Source: Hormiphora californensis (taxonomy: Eukaryota; Animalia; Ctenophora). Taken from it: 64,000 bases of DNA. Positions 1 through 11,123 of this stretch are shown in pieces. Location: positions 248,001 to 312,000 of the forward strand of contig CM035355.1 of assembly GCA_020137815.1 (NCBI GenBank), read 5' to 3'. Position 1 is the first letter of the stretch. Each line of letters opens with the position of its first letter. A program made the translations under genes and the position numbers. The notes under the pieces were generated by a model. The model saw nothing but the letters and a program-made list of their open reading frames with translations, had not been told where the DNA came from and did not search any database.

Positions 1-244
1 AACCCCAAAAATATTAGGGTGTTCCATAATGATTTTCGCTAGGTACTTCCTGATCGCTAGTGATGATAGAGACCAAAAATTTCTACAGGATCTTTTAGTT
101 TGGACTATTTGTTAACCCTAAGACCATGTTTAAAGTTTCTAAACAACATTTACCTAGTTTAAATTGCCTTATTTTGCCGCGTTTCCATTGGTCTGTGTGG
201 TCAAAAATGTCCATTTTAGGGCTTTTTGAGGCCCTCCCCCTAAT

Positions 245-556
245 TAGGTTTCTTATTTTTGGGGTTTCTTATTTTTGGGGTTTCTTAATTTTGGGGTTTC
301 TTATTTTTGGGTTTCTTATTTTTGGGGTTTCTTAATTTTGGAGTTTCATATTTTTGGGGTTTCTTATTTTTGGGGTTTCTTATTTTTGGGGTTTCTTACT
401 TTTGGGGTTTCTTATTTTTGCGTTTCTTATTTTTGGGGTTTCTTACTTTCTTGGGGGAGTTTCTTATTTTGGGGTGTATTATTTAATGTGTTTCCACATT
501 TCCCGTTTCTTATAAAAAATTCTTCCTAAAGCGTTTCTTAATTAGCGAGAGTAAGG
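245..556. mobile_element. Right end of a probable Tc1/mariner-type MITE with a subterminal 16-bp tandem array (ggggtttcttattttt)n
   Basis: About 14 copies of the 16-mer lie at ~245-475. The element ends ...gcgagagtaagg followed by TA at 557-558. The left end is outside the window. Confidence 0.5.
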
Positions 557-784
557 TAATAGCTTATTTTGGCTGGTTAATTAACGGGTGGCTTGTGACT
601 TCACTATTATCTTGAGAGATCTTCTGCCCGGTGCCCAGATATTGCAAATACCCAAGAGATTAATGCCCTTAATTTGGCAGCAAATTAAAGGCGAGGCAGC
701 ATATTGGACAAGCTGCCTAGTAGTCAGCAGTTCAATAAATATCGCTGTCGGCAGTAATAAATGTACTGGGGGCCAGGGCTTAAT

Positions 785-1325
785 CTTTATAAATCATTTA
801 GAAAGTTTTAAAAAAAGTGTCCCACCCGGGATCGGTCGGGAATCGAACCCGGGCCTCACGCGTCAGAGTGGAGGCAGCACAGGCAGCACAAATTTACCCC
901 ATATTTACATAGAAAATTTAGCCTCATTTTATGCAATATCAGTTTTACTTTTCCGGCTATTATATTCGAAGAAGTATTCCAAACACGAATATGAAGGAAA
1001 TAAACAAATTGAACGTCACAAATTTTCTTAATCCTTCTGCTGCCTCGGGTACCATTATTTACCGATTTTTTGGCTATTCCCGCCCTTCTACCCATCCAAT
1101 TTGGTAATATTCGGTGCAGGGACATCCACAGTATCGATAAACAAGTGCCTAAACCGATAAACGGGGAAAACGGTAAAACTTAGCATGATATAGAAGGCAG
1201 CACGTATTTAGCTTAATTAAGATAGATCCGTGCTGCCGGCAGCACGAGTTCGATTCCCGACCGGGCCCGGGTGGGACAATTTTTTTTAAATTTTTTCAAA
1301 CTTTATAAATGATTTATAAATGATT
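785..1325. repeat. Inverted pair of tRNA-like (B-box) segments, SINE/MITE-like
   Basis: 786-855 (tttataaatcattta...gtcccacccggg..ggtcgggaatcgaacc) is approximately the reverse complement of 1245-1320 (gttcgattcccgaccgggcccgggtgggac...atgatttataaa). Confidence 0.55.
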
Positions 1326-1498
1326 TCTAAAAACTTTCTAGACATTTATTTTACTAGGCAGCAAAATCGTCGATTTTTGGGACAAAGTTGGCAGCATATT
1401 TGACTTTTGAAAATCGTATTTATCTAAAATTTTGAAAATCCGGGCACCGGGATCTTCTGACATGCTCACAAATTGTAGAGTATGATACTCGCAATGTA

Positions 1499-1755
1499 CA
1501 GAAGTCCGATTTTTAATAAAGCGAACCGCTAAACTTTCCCACGCACCGTGGGAAAGTTTTTTCGTGTTTGTTTTGATCATATCTCTGGCTCCTGATAAGA
1601 TAAAGACTTGCTCCTGGTTGCGTTGGAAAGAGAAAAATTTTATCTTTCCAATGCGACCAATGAGAAGTCTCTATCTTATCAGGAACAGAACTTAGCACGC
1701 ACAAATCGAATTATGTGTGCGTCAGCGGTTCGCATTATTAAAAATCGCACTTCAG
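1499..1755. mobile_element. Tc1/mariner-type MITE
   Basis: TA|cagaagtccgatttttaataaagcgaaccgct ... agcggttcgcattattaaaaatcgcacttcag|TA. Imperfect ~30-bp TIRs, TA TSD and an internal ctgataagata palindrome. Confidence 0.7.
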
Positions 1756-2084
1756 TATGATGCAGATAAGAGTGAATGTATCACATTAAATGTGACTTGT
1801 TACACGCGATAAGCGACTTAGCGATTCAAAACACAATGTTTGTCTCTATTGTCAACTGTTTACCAAAGTCCTTTACTTTGGGACGGGTGAGGTGGGGGAG
1901 GCGGGTGGATCGGAGGGGCGGGGTGGCGGGGGTGGTCAGAGGGTAGTACGGATTAAAAAATATCGGAGGTTTATTTTAGATCTAGATCTTGAAATTGTTA
2001 TTCAACCAGATAGTATTTACTCAACAAATAGTATCTGTATGCCTGCAGGAGCAGCGTACCTGCAAAGCAGTATCGGGGTAGTTT

Positions 2085-2560
2085 TGCTACTCAAGAGTAC
2101 ACTTAAACCAACTTTTTTCAAACGGCTATAGCCACGCAATCACATGGCCAATTTGAGTAAACTAAACGGTAACTGATAGAGAATCGATAGCCCTAACCGA
2201 TAACCCCAAACCAAACCCTAACCAGACCCTAACGGATAGCCCTAACCCGTCGCGTGCACGCTAAAACTACGAATTTTTAGCAATGAAAGGCACCCAGATT
2301 TTAATGGGGCGCGATTATAATCTGGGTGCCTTGCAGCGTGTTAACAGGTACACGCTACCAAAAGAGTACACTTAGACCGACTTTTTTCAAACGGCTATAG
2401 CCACACAACCACATGGCCAATTTGAGTAAACTAAACGGTAACTGATAGAGAATCGATAGCCCTAACCGATAACCCCAAACCAAACCCTAACGGATAGCCC
2501 TAACCCCGTCGCGCGCTAAAACTACGAATTGTTAGCAATGAAAGGCACCCAGATTTTTAC
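2085..2560. repeat. Tandem copies of a ~230-bp non-autonomous element with internal (CCCTAA)-like repeats
   Basis: Two direct copies (aagagtacactta...ggcacccagatttt) meet at ggcacccagattttaat/attataatctgggtgcc at ~2289-2330. Confidence 0.65.
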
Positions 2561-2571
2561 GTTTTAGAAAG

Positions 2572-2719
2572 AAACAGCAATCCGACACCGGGGTCTCAGA
2601 TAATAAACGCACACGTACCACGATCGGTCACAGAGTGAACCTGCAAAGTGGTACAACACCGAAGTGTCGAGAGTACCCTTGTATCCATCATGGAACCCGG
2701 TATTGTCGGATTGCTGTTT
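2572..2719. mobile_element. ~150-bp MITE-like inverted repeat
   Basis: aaacagcaatccgaca ... tgtcggattgctgttt. Confidence 0.55.
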
Positions 2720-2849
2720 GAAGTTAAGTAAATATATCTTCACGCCTACACACTGTACAAAATATAAATTCTAAAAAAGGGGGAGCCCTAACAAATGTTC
2801 AAATGAGGTTAATGTCCACATTGTTTATGGGTGCATGATGGACTTTCAC

Positions 2850-3714
2850 TCACGTGCCTCGCAGTGCTATCAGACACACTCTCAGGATTGCGAACCGGAT
2901 GCGGAGTCTGAGGTATTCTATTGCCTCACGGTAGGTATTCCCATGCTCCTTCACCATCTTTCCTGCTAGTGTTCTGAGGATCCTGTTGCTTTCTGGAGCC
3001 AGACCCCCTGAGGTGCTCAGTACGAATGTGGAGAAAGTTCCCTTTTCTATTTTTGAATCTTACCCCAAAGTCAAGACCGAAGACATCCATGCAGGCATCC
3101 GGGGCGTGATTTGCGGTGTGAGGAAGGGGAAATCTCCGACGGGGAGTATGTGTCTCTCTGTTTCTACTGCTGTCATGCCTGCGTGCAGTGTCAGCTCTTA
3201 GTTCCGAGCATTTGACTTCAATCGCTAAGACATCGCCTTTTCCGGACAAAATCGCATCAATTAACGGTCTGCCGTTCGAGATTGAGTAGGTGTATTGATA
3301 TTCCGCGGTCTCCACTGGGTTGTCCAGACCCATGCTACCCAAGCTTATAGGGAGTGCTAGTATTCTTCGTTCGACGTCAGAGCAATGTCTTCCTATCAGT
3401 TTGGGGATTAGCCGATCACGGATCGCTTCTTCGAGCCTCTGGACGAGGGGAGCGGAGTTCTTTGTTGTCCGCTGGAAATAACACCATTTGAACTTCAAAC
3501 TGGAGACAAAGTTTGAATATGCCAGGTTTGGATGGTTTGCTGCAATGTCTGCCAGGTTTGATACCATTTCAACCCAATGATTGACTTGGTCATTGGCAAA
3601 GGATTGGTTGAATTCATCCGATCCTAGAGCTGCTCCTAAATGGCGTGCTCCTTCAGTCGTTACATTCATACCTATTTCCTGTTTCAGAGAAAAGTGTTTT
3701 CGCTCTGCTCTCAA
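2850..3714 (-). pseudogene. Internally deleted CRE-like non-LTR retrotransposon ORF (end of RT fused to the C-terminus of the REL endonuclease region)
   Basis: The ORF contains GARHLGAALGS...WCYFQRT...LALPISLGSMGLDNP. A second frame gives EKGTFSTFVLSTSGGLAPE...EYLRLRIRFAILRVCLIALRGT* (stop at 2850-2852), which resembles the C-terminus of CRE-clade ORFs. The 5' side is cut off by a MITE at ~3727. Confidence 0.75.
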
Positions 3715-3726
3715 ATTCTGGTTTGA

Positions 3727-5194
3727 CGGGCGCCGTTACGATCTGGGTGTTTGGAGGCCTGTTTACAGGTGCACGCTGCCAAAAAAGTTGATTCACTAAC
3801 ATGGCTGTAACCGCCAAACCACTCAACCGTTTTGGCTGATTCAAAGTTTATCTGGTAGGGAATGTCAAGGCCTAACCCCAACCCAAACCCCAACCCTAAC
3901 CCTATCCCTAACCCTAGCCATAAAAAACCGTTTGTCAGCACTCCCAAAACAGGGCGCCGTTACGATCTGGGTGTTTGGTGGCCTGTTTACAGGTGCGCGC
4001 TGCCAAACAAGTTGATTCACAAAAATGGCTTTAACCGCCAAACCATTCAACCGTTTTGGCTAATTCAAAGTTTATCTGGTAGGAAATGTCATCATCATCA
4101 TCATCAAATAAACATTTAATATCCCGCTTTTTAGCACATATTACAAACTAGCACTAACATAAAGATAAACCTTAATGGATAGTTTAGAACTTTCTAAAGC
4201 GGCTTCCTTAGATCGAGATTGGGTTAATAGTCTAGGACTATAGATAGGAGTTCGTGCTCACTATTTTATACTCTATCATATCCCATCGGCACTCACACAA
4301 TATTCAAATCAGGTACCCTCAACCACCTCATTCCCACGGATTATGTAGTGTTTGTCAGGATACCTCTTAGCCATTTGTTTTAGTCGATCTACCAACAGTT
4401 TCCTAACATTTCTCTCCTCCGGTGTTCGATCCGGGGAAATATACACTTTATCATACTTTTCAGTCCCTCTCAGCTGCGATTTTTTCGACAGAATCGACTT
4501 CTGAGCATCCCTGTTTCGAAGCACTACTTTCACTGGTCTGGCAGTTTGAGACTGCTTTCCCAATCGCACTAATGATGTCACAACCGGAGCCTCTTCTAGC
4601 TCAGCAAAAATGGACTTCACTTGAGTTTCAAGCTCATTACTCTTGTCATTCAGTTCGTCCAAGCCATGGATGATGATGTTACAGCCACGATCATCAGATG
4701 CTGCAGCAAGTGCCGACTGTAACTTCTTTGGGGCCAGGGCAGTAGCACACTCTTTCTCCAGAACAGATGCAAAGCTTTTTATTTCCAGCTGTGCCGTTGT
4801 CTGAACAGCGGTGATTTCAGTTTCTCTCTTTTCGAGTAATCGTCTCTGCATTTTTAGCAGCTCCTCCTGTGCAGCTACCAAATCTCTCTGGGTTTTGATT
4901 AGCTCTTCGCTTCGCGTTTTGAGCTCCTTCTCGAACTTCTTCACCCGTAGTGTATCATCACCCATTGAAAACAGCTCCGCGACAATAGGAAAAGTCTGAC
5001 CCATCAGTATTTTGAACGCACTCTCAACAAGACCTACGAGTTCTGGCTTTTTCAGCGAGTTATTCAGTACAAGGCCTAACCCAAGGCCTAACCCAAATCC
5101 AAACCCCAGCCCTAACCCTAACCCCACTTTAGCCCTAAACCTAAAAAACCGTTTGTCAGCACTCTCAAAACACCCAGATTTTAACGCTGGCCCC
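3727..5194. mobile_element. Tandem MITE copies with telomere-like internal repeats; the second copy is split by a retroelement
   Basis: Copy 1 spans ~3727-3950. Copy 2 spans 3952-4090, then resumes at 5070 (caaggcctaaccc...cacccagattttaacgctggcccc). The ends gttacgatctgggtg and cacccagattttaac are inverted. Confidence 0.7.
4089..5069 (-). mobile_element. 5'-truncated ORF1-only non-LTR retroelement (CR1/L2-type ORF1p) with a (TGA)n tail
   Basis: ORF1 stops at 4309 and has a coiled coil, DRGCNIIIHGLDE, RLGK..RPVKVVLR and VYISPDRTPEER. A ~200-bp 3' UTR follows, then (tga)5 at ~4089-4103. There is no ORF2. The GLGLG N-terminus in the ORF track is read-through from the MITE. Confidence 0.8.
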
Positions 5195-5207
5195 CAAACA
5201 CACAGTG

Positions 5208-5392
5208 AACACACACAGTGTTCTGAATATGTCCATTTTTTTTCAACTGTTCACCCCCCAAAGTCGTGCGCGGAATTGTTTTGCGCGTTTATCACATGTT
5301 AACGTGTAGCGCGCGCAGCGTAAATTAAAATTTCGCACGCGCACGAGTTGAGGGGTGAACAGTTGAATAAAAATGAGTTCAGAGCAAGTGTT
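5208..5392. mobile_element. Small MITE-like inverted repeat
   Basis: ttcaactgttcacccc ... ggggtgaacagttgaa, with further imperfect pairing outside. Confidence 0.5.
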
Positions 5393-5608
5393 CGTTCTGG
5401 TTTTTATTTATTTTGCAGATGTAAAAAAATACTGAGATTTCGTTCGATGAATTGCTGCGCTGCACCACGCGGCAGATGATTTCGTTTATTTCCGCGGCAT
5501 TCGGTAGCGTTCCCGCCAAGTGCGTCTCACAATCAAATCTGCGCGCGTGGGAGCCACTTCAGAAGCTCCGCGCCCTCCGTTTATGATAAGGATTCCCCAA
5601 GTGTTGGG

Positions 5609-7035
5609 TATGGTGCTCCAAATGGCTCATGTTGAATTTCTGTGTTAAATTATAACAAGCGAACTAAAAGTGAAAAAAAAGTGAAGTGAAAACAAAGTGA
5701 AGTGAAAAAAAAGTGAAGTGAAAACAAAGTGAAGTGAAAAAAAAGTGAAGTGAAAACAAAGTGAAGTGAAAAATAAGTGAAATGAAAAAAAAGTGAAGTG
5801 AAAACAAAGTGAAGTGAAAACAAAGTGAAGTGAAAAAAAAGTGAAGTGAAAAATAAGTGAAGTGAAAAAAAAGTGAAGTGAAAACAAAGTGAAGTGAAAA
5901 CAAAGTGAAGTGAAAAAAAAGTGAAGTGAAAAAAAGTGAAGTGAAAAAAAAGTGAAGTGAAAAAAAGTGAAGTGAAAAATTTTTGATTTGACCTCTTGGT
6001 GAGTCACGTGCTCTAAATGGCTCAGGTGGCTCAGGTAGGATAGACGCTTTTTATAAACCATATTGAGGCCAAACGAAAAGAGATCGAGACTTCTAGTTTT
6101 CACTAGCTGGTAGATCTACTAGATGTGTGTGCATTAGTTGGGGTGAACTTTACCATCATCTCCAGAAACGTCCTACAGAACGTCTTAAAGTTGTCATTTT
6201 TGATACACTGACCAAACTTCTTTGAGCTCAATTTACACCTTTAAAATGGATTCTAATCGAAAAATCAAGACTATATCATGGAAAGAGAATTGTCTGAACT
6301 TTCAGATACTATATTGCAAATTTTCAGAACCCGAGTTCTAAGGGTCGTAAATCGCGTCGAAAGTGTTATGACTATGTTAAAATAGATATGACGATATGGC
6401 TTTTTTCGCCATAGCGGGTCCAAATCTCAACAAATCCATCTCAAACTAAATCAATATCTTCGAATTGATATTCCGGATGATATTACGTCATCAATATGAC
6501 GTCATAACGTCGTGGCGTCACGTTATGACGTCAAAATGAAGTAAAAATGTTATTTTGTGAAAACTAGAAGTCTCGATCTCTTTTCGTTTGGCCTCAATAT
6601 GGTTTATAAAAAGCGTCTATCCTACCTGAGCCACCTGAGCCATTTAGAGCACGTGACTCACCAAGAGGTCAAATCAAAAATTTTTCACTTCACTTTTTTT
6701 TCACTTCACTTTTTTTTCACTTCACTTTTTTTCACTTCACTTTTTTTTCACTTCACTTTGTTTTCACTTCACTTTGTTTTCACTTCACTTTTTTTTCACT
6801 TCACTTTTTTTCACTTCACTTTTTTTTCACTTCACTTTGTTTTCACTTCACTTTGTTTTCACTTCACTTTTTTTTCACTTCACTTATTTTTCACTTCACT
6901 TTGTTTTCACGTCACTTTTTTTTCACTTCACTTTTTTTTCACTTCACTTTTTTTTCACTTCACTTTTTTTTCACTTTTAGTTCGCTTTTTATAATTTAAC
7001 ACAGAAATTCAACATGAGCCATTTGGAGCACCATA
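5609..7035. mobile_element. Non-autonomous DNA transposon, IS3EU-like (TATGG...CCATA, 6-bp TSD)
   Basis: ~490-bp TIRs (5609-6103 vs 6557-7035) contain arrays of gtgaagtgaaaa(c/a)aaa. The direct repeat gttggg lies at 5603-5608 and 7036-7041. Confidence 0.85.
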
Positions 7036-8341
7036 GTTGGGATATTTTTGCCCGTTCTTGTTCAAACCTTTTTATTTTATTTTATTAAGGGTCGACCAAG
7101 GCAAGCCCGTTCCACCAAGTTTCTTAGTTTCAATTTGGTCCCTCACCCAATTATTATAGTCAATACCGATCGCGTAGATATGTATGTCCAGTTTATCAGA
7201 CCCCTTCGAACCCTGTATAATTGGTGACGTTCTGAAACTCTGCATGGGTCAATACAAACAGTTATGGGTTGCCGGTTGGGTGAACTAAAAAGCATGAAAG
7301 TATAAAATTCATGATGAATGATCTATCTGGCGCCACAAGATAGTAAATGATAAACTTTTCTTAGAATATACTAGGCGAATACGGGCGAATTTCGGCGAAA
7401 TAGTAGCTGGATATTAGGGAACGCTGACATCACCTGTACCATCCGTTCCTAGCCTATCTCTCACTTTCTCCCTACCCATGTCGTTGTACGCTCTGGGCTT
7501 CCTGACAATGTCAAGGTGCGAATTTAAGAGATCAATGTCATGGAGTTGCAGTGCTGTTCCAGAAACTCATCACGTGAAAACTTGGCCGCTATGTAGCCGA
7601 TTTGGATATTTCTATATTCGACTGGAGTAATCACCCTTGGGCGACGTTGGGTAAAGCTATCCGTAGTCGTTGATTGGCTCGCTTGAACACATTGGCGTAA
7701 TCTGTCATATTCTCTAGCCTGTTCCCTGACGGCAGCAGTTCTCCTGGACCTAGATAACCGTTGCCGAATAGCGCTTGGGGTGGAAGAGCTGGACATCAGG
7801 AAAAAAGTAAAAGAATGCACGTGCAGAATTGACTTGGCCCTTAGTACCCAATACAACCGGGAGAGAGGTATCCAGGCCCCTCTAATAATTGCACGTGCAA
7901 GTGTAGTTGCTAGGTGACCTCTGTCTCACAATTTGCTTAGTAAGTAGTATGATTCAACACAATTCTTGATAACGATATGGTGATTCAGTGATTCACAGAC
8001 ATTACCCCCTCCCCGCCCCATAACACATAAGAAATATAAAGTATGGAGGTTAAAGCATTAAAAGAAAGGCGGAAAGAATCTCCTCATAAGGTTAAACGAG
8101 TGCTTGACCCATAAACTACTATAATTCTTCAAGTCTTTATACATAATCTGGAGTACGAGCATCTAGCGACAGAGAGAGAGAAAGTTTTACTTTTAGCTTG
8201 AACTTTGAAGAGAAAATTACTCAAGCAATAGTTTGAATCAAAATAGTCGCTGCTTCAGTTCAAACGTTGTTTGTACGCTTCAGTGTGTATTTTATTTTCT
8301 ACAGCCTAGTCTAGACTCTAGGTCTACTTCATGTTTAGTGT

Positions 8342-8824
8342 TTACTTTCTCCTGAAAGTATTCCTTGCCGGTAGTACCCACTGTATTTTCTCACCTCCAC
8401 TGCCCCACCAGTTTCTCTCACATCCAATAATAACACCAATATCCTGATTGGCAATTCTTTCACACTTTAACATTACTGTGCAAATGCAGCCACTACTGCA
8501 CCCTGTCTCCTTTCTGTAGACACTTTCAATCTGGTCTATCAAATGTCGAACTAAATTGTTTTTTGGTGTGGTTTTCTAACTGACTTGTTTTGTTTTCTTA
8601 TTATGTTAAATTTCATATTGAGGACAGGGAGACTCAGGATTAATATCATTACATAATGCTATGTCATTATGAGCAAAACAAGTGTTTACTTACTTGCTGG
8701 ATGAACTAAACCGTGTAAAGTGTGAGAAAAACCTACATCACAATTCTATGCTACAAATTCTCAGTAGACAGTATAGTAAATAGAATAAAGAGAGATAGAG
8801 AGAAACGAGAAGAGAGAAAAAGAT

Positions 8825-8906
<82 letters not shown>

Positions 8907-9161
8907 TGAGAAGAGAGAAAGAAGAGAGACTTCCGGTAAGCGCTCTAAAAATATCCTATCACTTGTTGTACAGCGCTCCATACTTTTCTCCTGTGTCTGC
9001 AACAATTATTGCTAGCTTCTATCACTGTAGTTGTATCAGTTGACGACATTATACTTGCTTCCTGGCTCCTGCCATAGTGTCATACTTTTCCTTTGACTGT
9101 CATTAGGGTCCAAAAAGACCATGCTTTTTTGGTGGGATCCAAAACCGAAATCCCAGCATAA
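8342..9161 (-). CDS. Possible 3' exons of a small Cys-containing protein (SRCR-like?)
   Basis: Exons 9161-9055, 8732-8694 and 8513-8342 are GT-AG and phase-compatible, giving LCWDFGFGSHQK...KFFSHFTRFSSSSKKETGCSSGCIC...NQDIGVIIGCE...RRK*. The 5' exons are not resolved. Confidence 0.35.
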
Positions 9162-9297
9162 CTGTCGTCAAACATGAAGGACCACCATGTTATCATCAGA
9201 GTTAATTTTGTATTATTTGGGGTGTTATAGGGGCGGTGAGGGGGCCGTACCAGGTAAATATTAGCCAGCCCATCATGTAAAGCAGTTACCTCACAAT

Positions 9298-9448
<151 letters not shown>

Positions 9449-10498
9449 ATATTTTGTTATTGCGTTTGTGAGATCTCACCGCGTATGTACAACTGTTATT
9501 AGGGTAATTTCCGGTTTTTAGGAATCCATTACCTGCCTGACCTGCATCTCATTGATTATTATTACACTTGACCGTGAGAGTTTCCGTTATTGATGCACCA
9601 TCCAGAGGTACCAGAAGTATAGATCAGATTCAGATCGTGATGATTATGTTTGAACTTTGAAGCCTTGGATTTATCCGCTGCACCTGATCGCTATGTTGGA
9701 TATTGTGGTGGTGGGTTTTCTGATGACAGAAAATTTGTTGCTGTAATTGTGTAGGAGTGTTGCGGTGACTAAATGAGAAAATTTTAACGAGATCTGATGA
9801 CCGTATCGTCCTGTAGTTGGCTGTATTAGTGATCCATGCGATCCGCCCTTTGGAAGCGCCCTATTCACAGGTCAAAACAGTGCTGTTAGAGAGATAGTGG
9901 AGATAACGATAGATAGATACAGATGGAGAGCTAGGAAAGAGAGAGGGAGAGAGAGCACATGTATTAATGTGCAGGAAAAACTGACGTTATCCTGTCCCTG
10001 CGCAGCGTTTCACAGGAGAGAGATAGAGAGAAGGCTGTGTAGAGAGAGGGCGTGTATGTGCTTGTGTAGCAATTTGTTGTTGAGCTATATTGCAGACGTC
10101 CAGTATCCGCCCTGTACGAATATACCTCAGGCTCCGCCCTTCTGTATTCTGCCTCTGTTCTTAAATCAATTTCATTGATTGACATTCTACAGCTAAGCTA
10201 TACTTGGCTGTAAAATTGGTCGCCCCGACTTTGAAATAGAGTTTAGCTGTTACCGCTAAAGCTGACACATGTCTGCTAGTACCTTTTACCTACAATCTGA
10301 TTGTGCCTTCATTCTTTGATCGATTGTCATTTGGAGTCCTATATAACTTCAATAATTGTTTCGTGGTTATCGGCGCCGAGCACCATCCAATGAATTCCAT
10401 TACATGGCATTAAGTAGTTTTCTGAGTTGGGTCGCATACTGTTGATTGAAGTGAGAGAGAGATAGAGAGGAAGAGAGGGAGAGAGTGAGAGAAAGAGT

Positions 10499-10612
<114 letters not shown>

Positions 10613-11123
10613 GAAGTGTTTTGTGATCATTCCCCCCATATTTGGTCAGATCCCTCTCTTCTCGTATGATTTGATTCCTCTCCGGTCCTCTCTCTCTCTC
10701 CCCTGGAGCTAATACAGTTAATACTTCTGACGTCCCGGTGAGGCATCAGTAGGTACTGGGACCAGCTAATACAATTTATACCCCACCATACAGAGAGATA
10801 TAGGGAGATAGTGAGAGAGAAAGAGAGAAATAGAATAAAGAAATATAGATAGGGAATATAGATAGCTATAGGGATGGTAGCTAGAAAATAGTTGAAGCAG
10901 TCGTATAGAGGCTTGAAACGAAAGATGTACAGCGTTCGTGAGCTGATATTTCTACATCGCCAACTCTATTTTTGGAAAGAGTTGCAAACCTATTTTTGGT
11001 ATATTGTTTTTGTCTGCTTGTATTGCTTGTTGATTTCGCCTTTCTCGATAACTTCAAACTTCTAGGCCGAAAGGTCTGACAAACAACATTCGCTTTAGTC
11101 AGATTAATGTAGCAACTTAATCA

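Noticed and set aside
126-529. Hydrophobic FLIFGVSYFWG ORFs
   Set aside because: They are read-through of the 16-bp tandem repeat.
1240-1275. Functional tRNA gene
   Set aside because: Only the B-box/T-arm is recognisable; there is no A-box, D-arm or full cloverleaf.
5070-5214. N-terminal GLGLG extension of the 301-aa ORF
   Set aside because: It derives from the host MITE's TTAGGG-like repeats, not from ORF1.
5645-6994. F/H/T/S/L-rich ORFs on both strands
   Set aside because: They are translations of the tandem arrays in the TIRs and mirror each other.
7524-7856. Arg-rich ORF resembling a Helitron N-terminal region
   Set aside because: There are no Rep or helicase motifs or clear termini nearby, so it is too weak to call.
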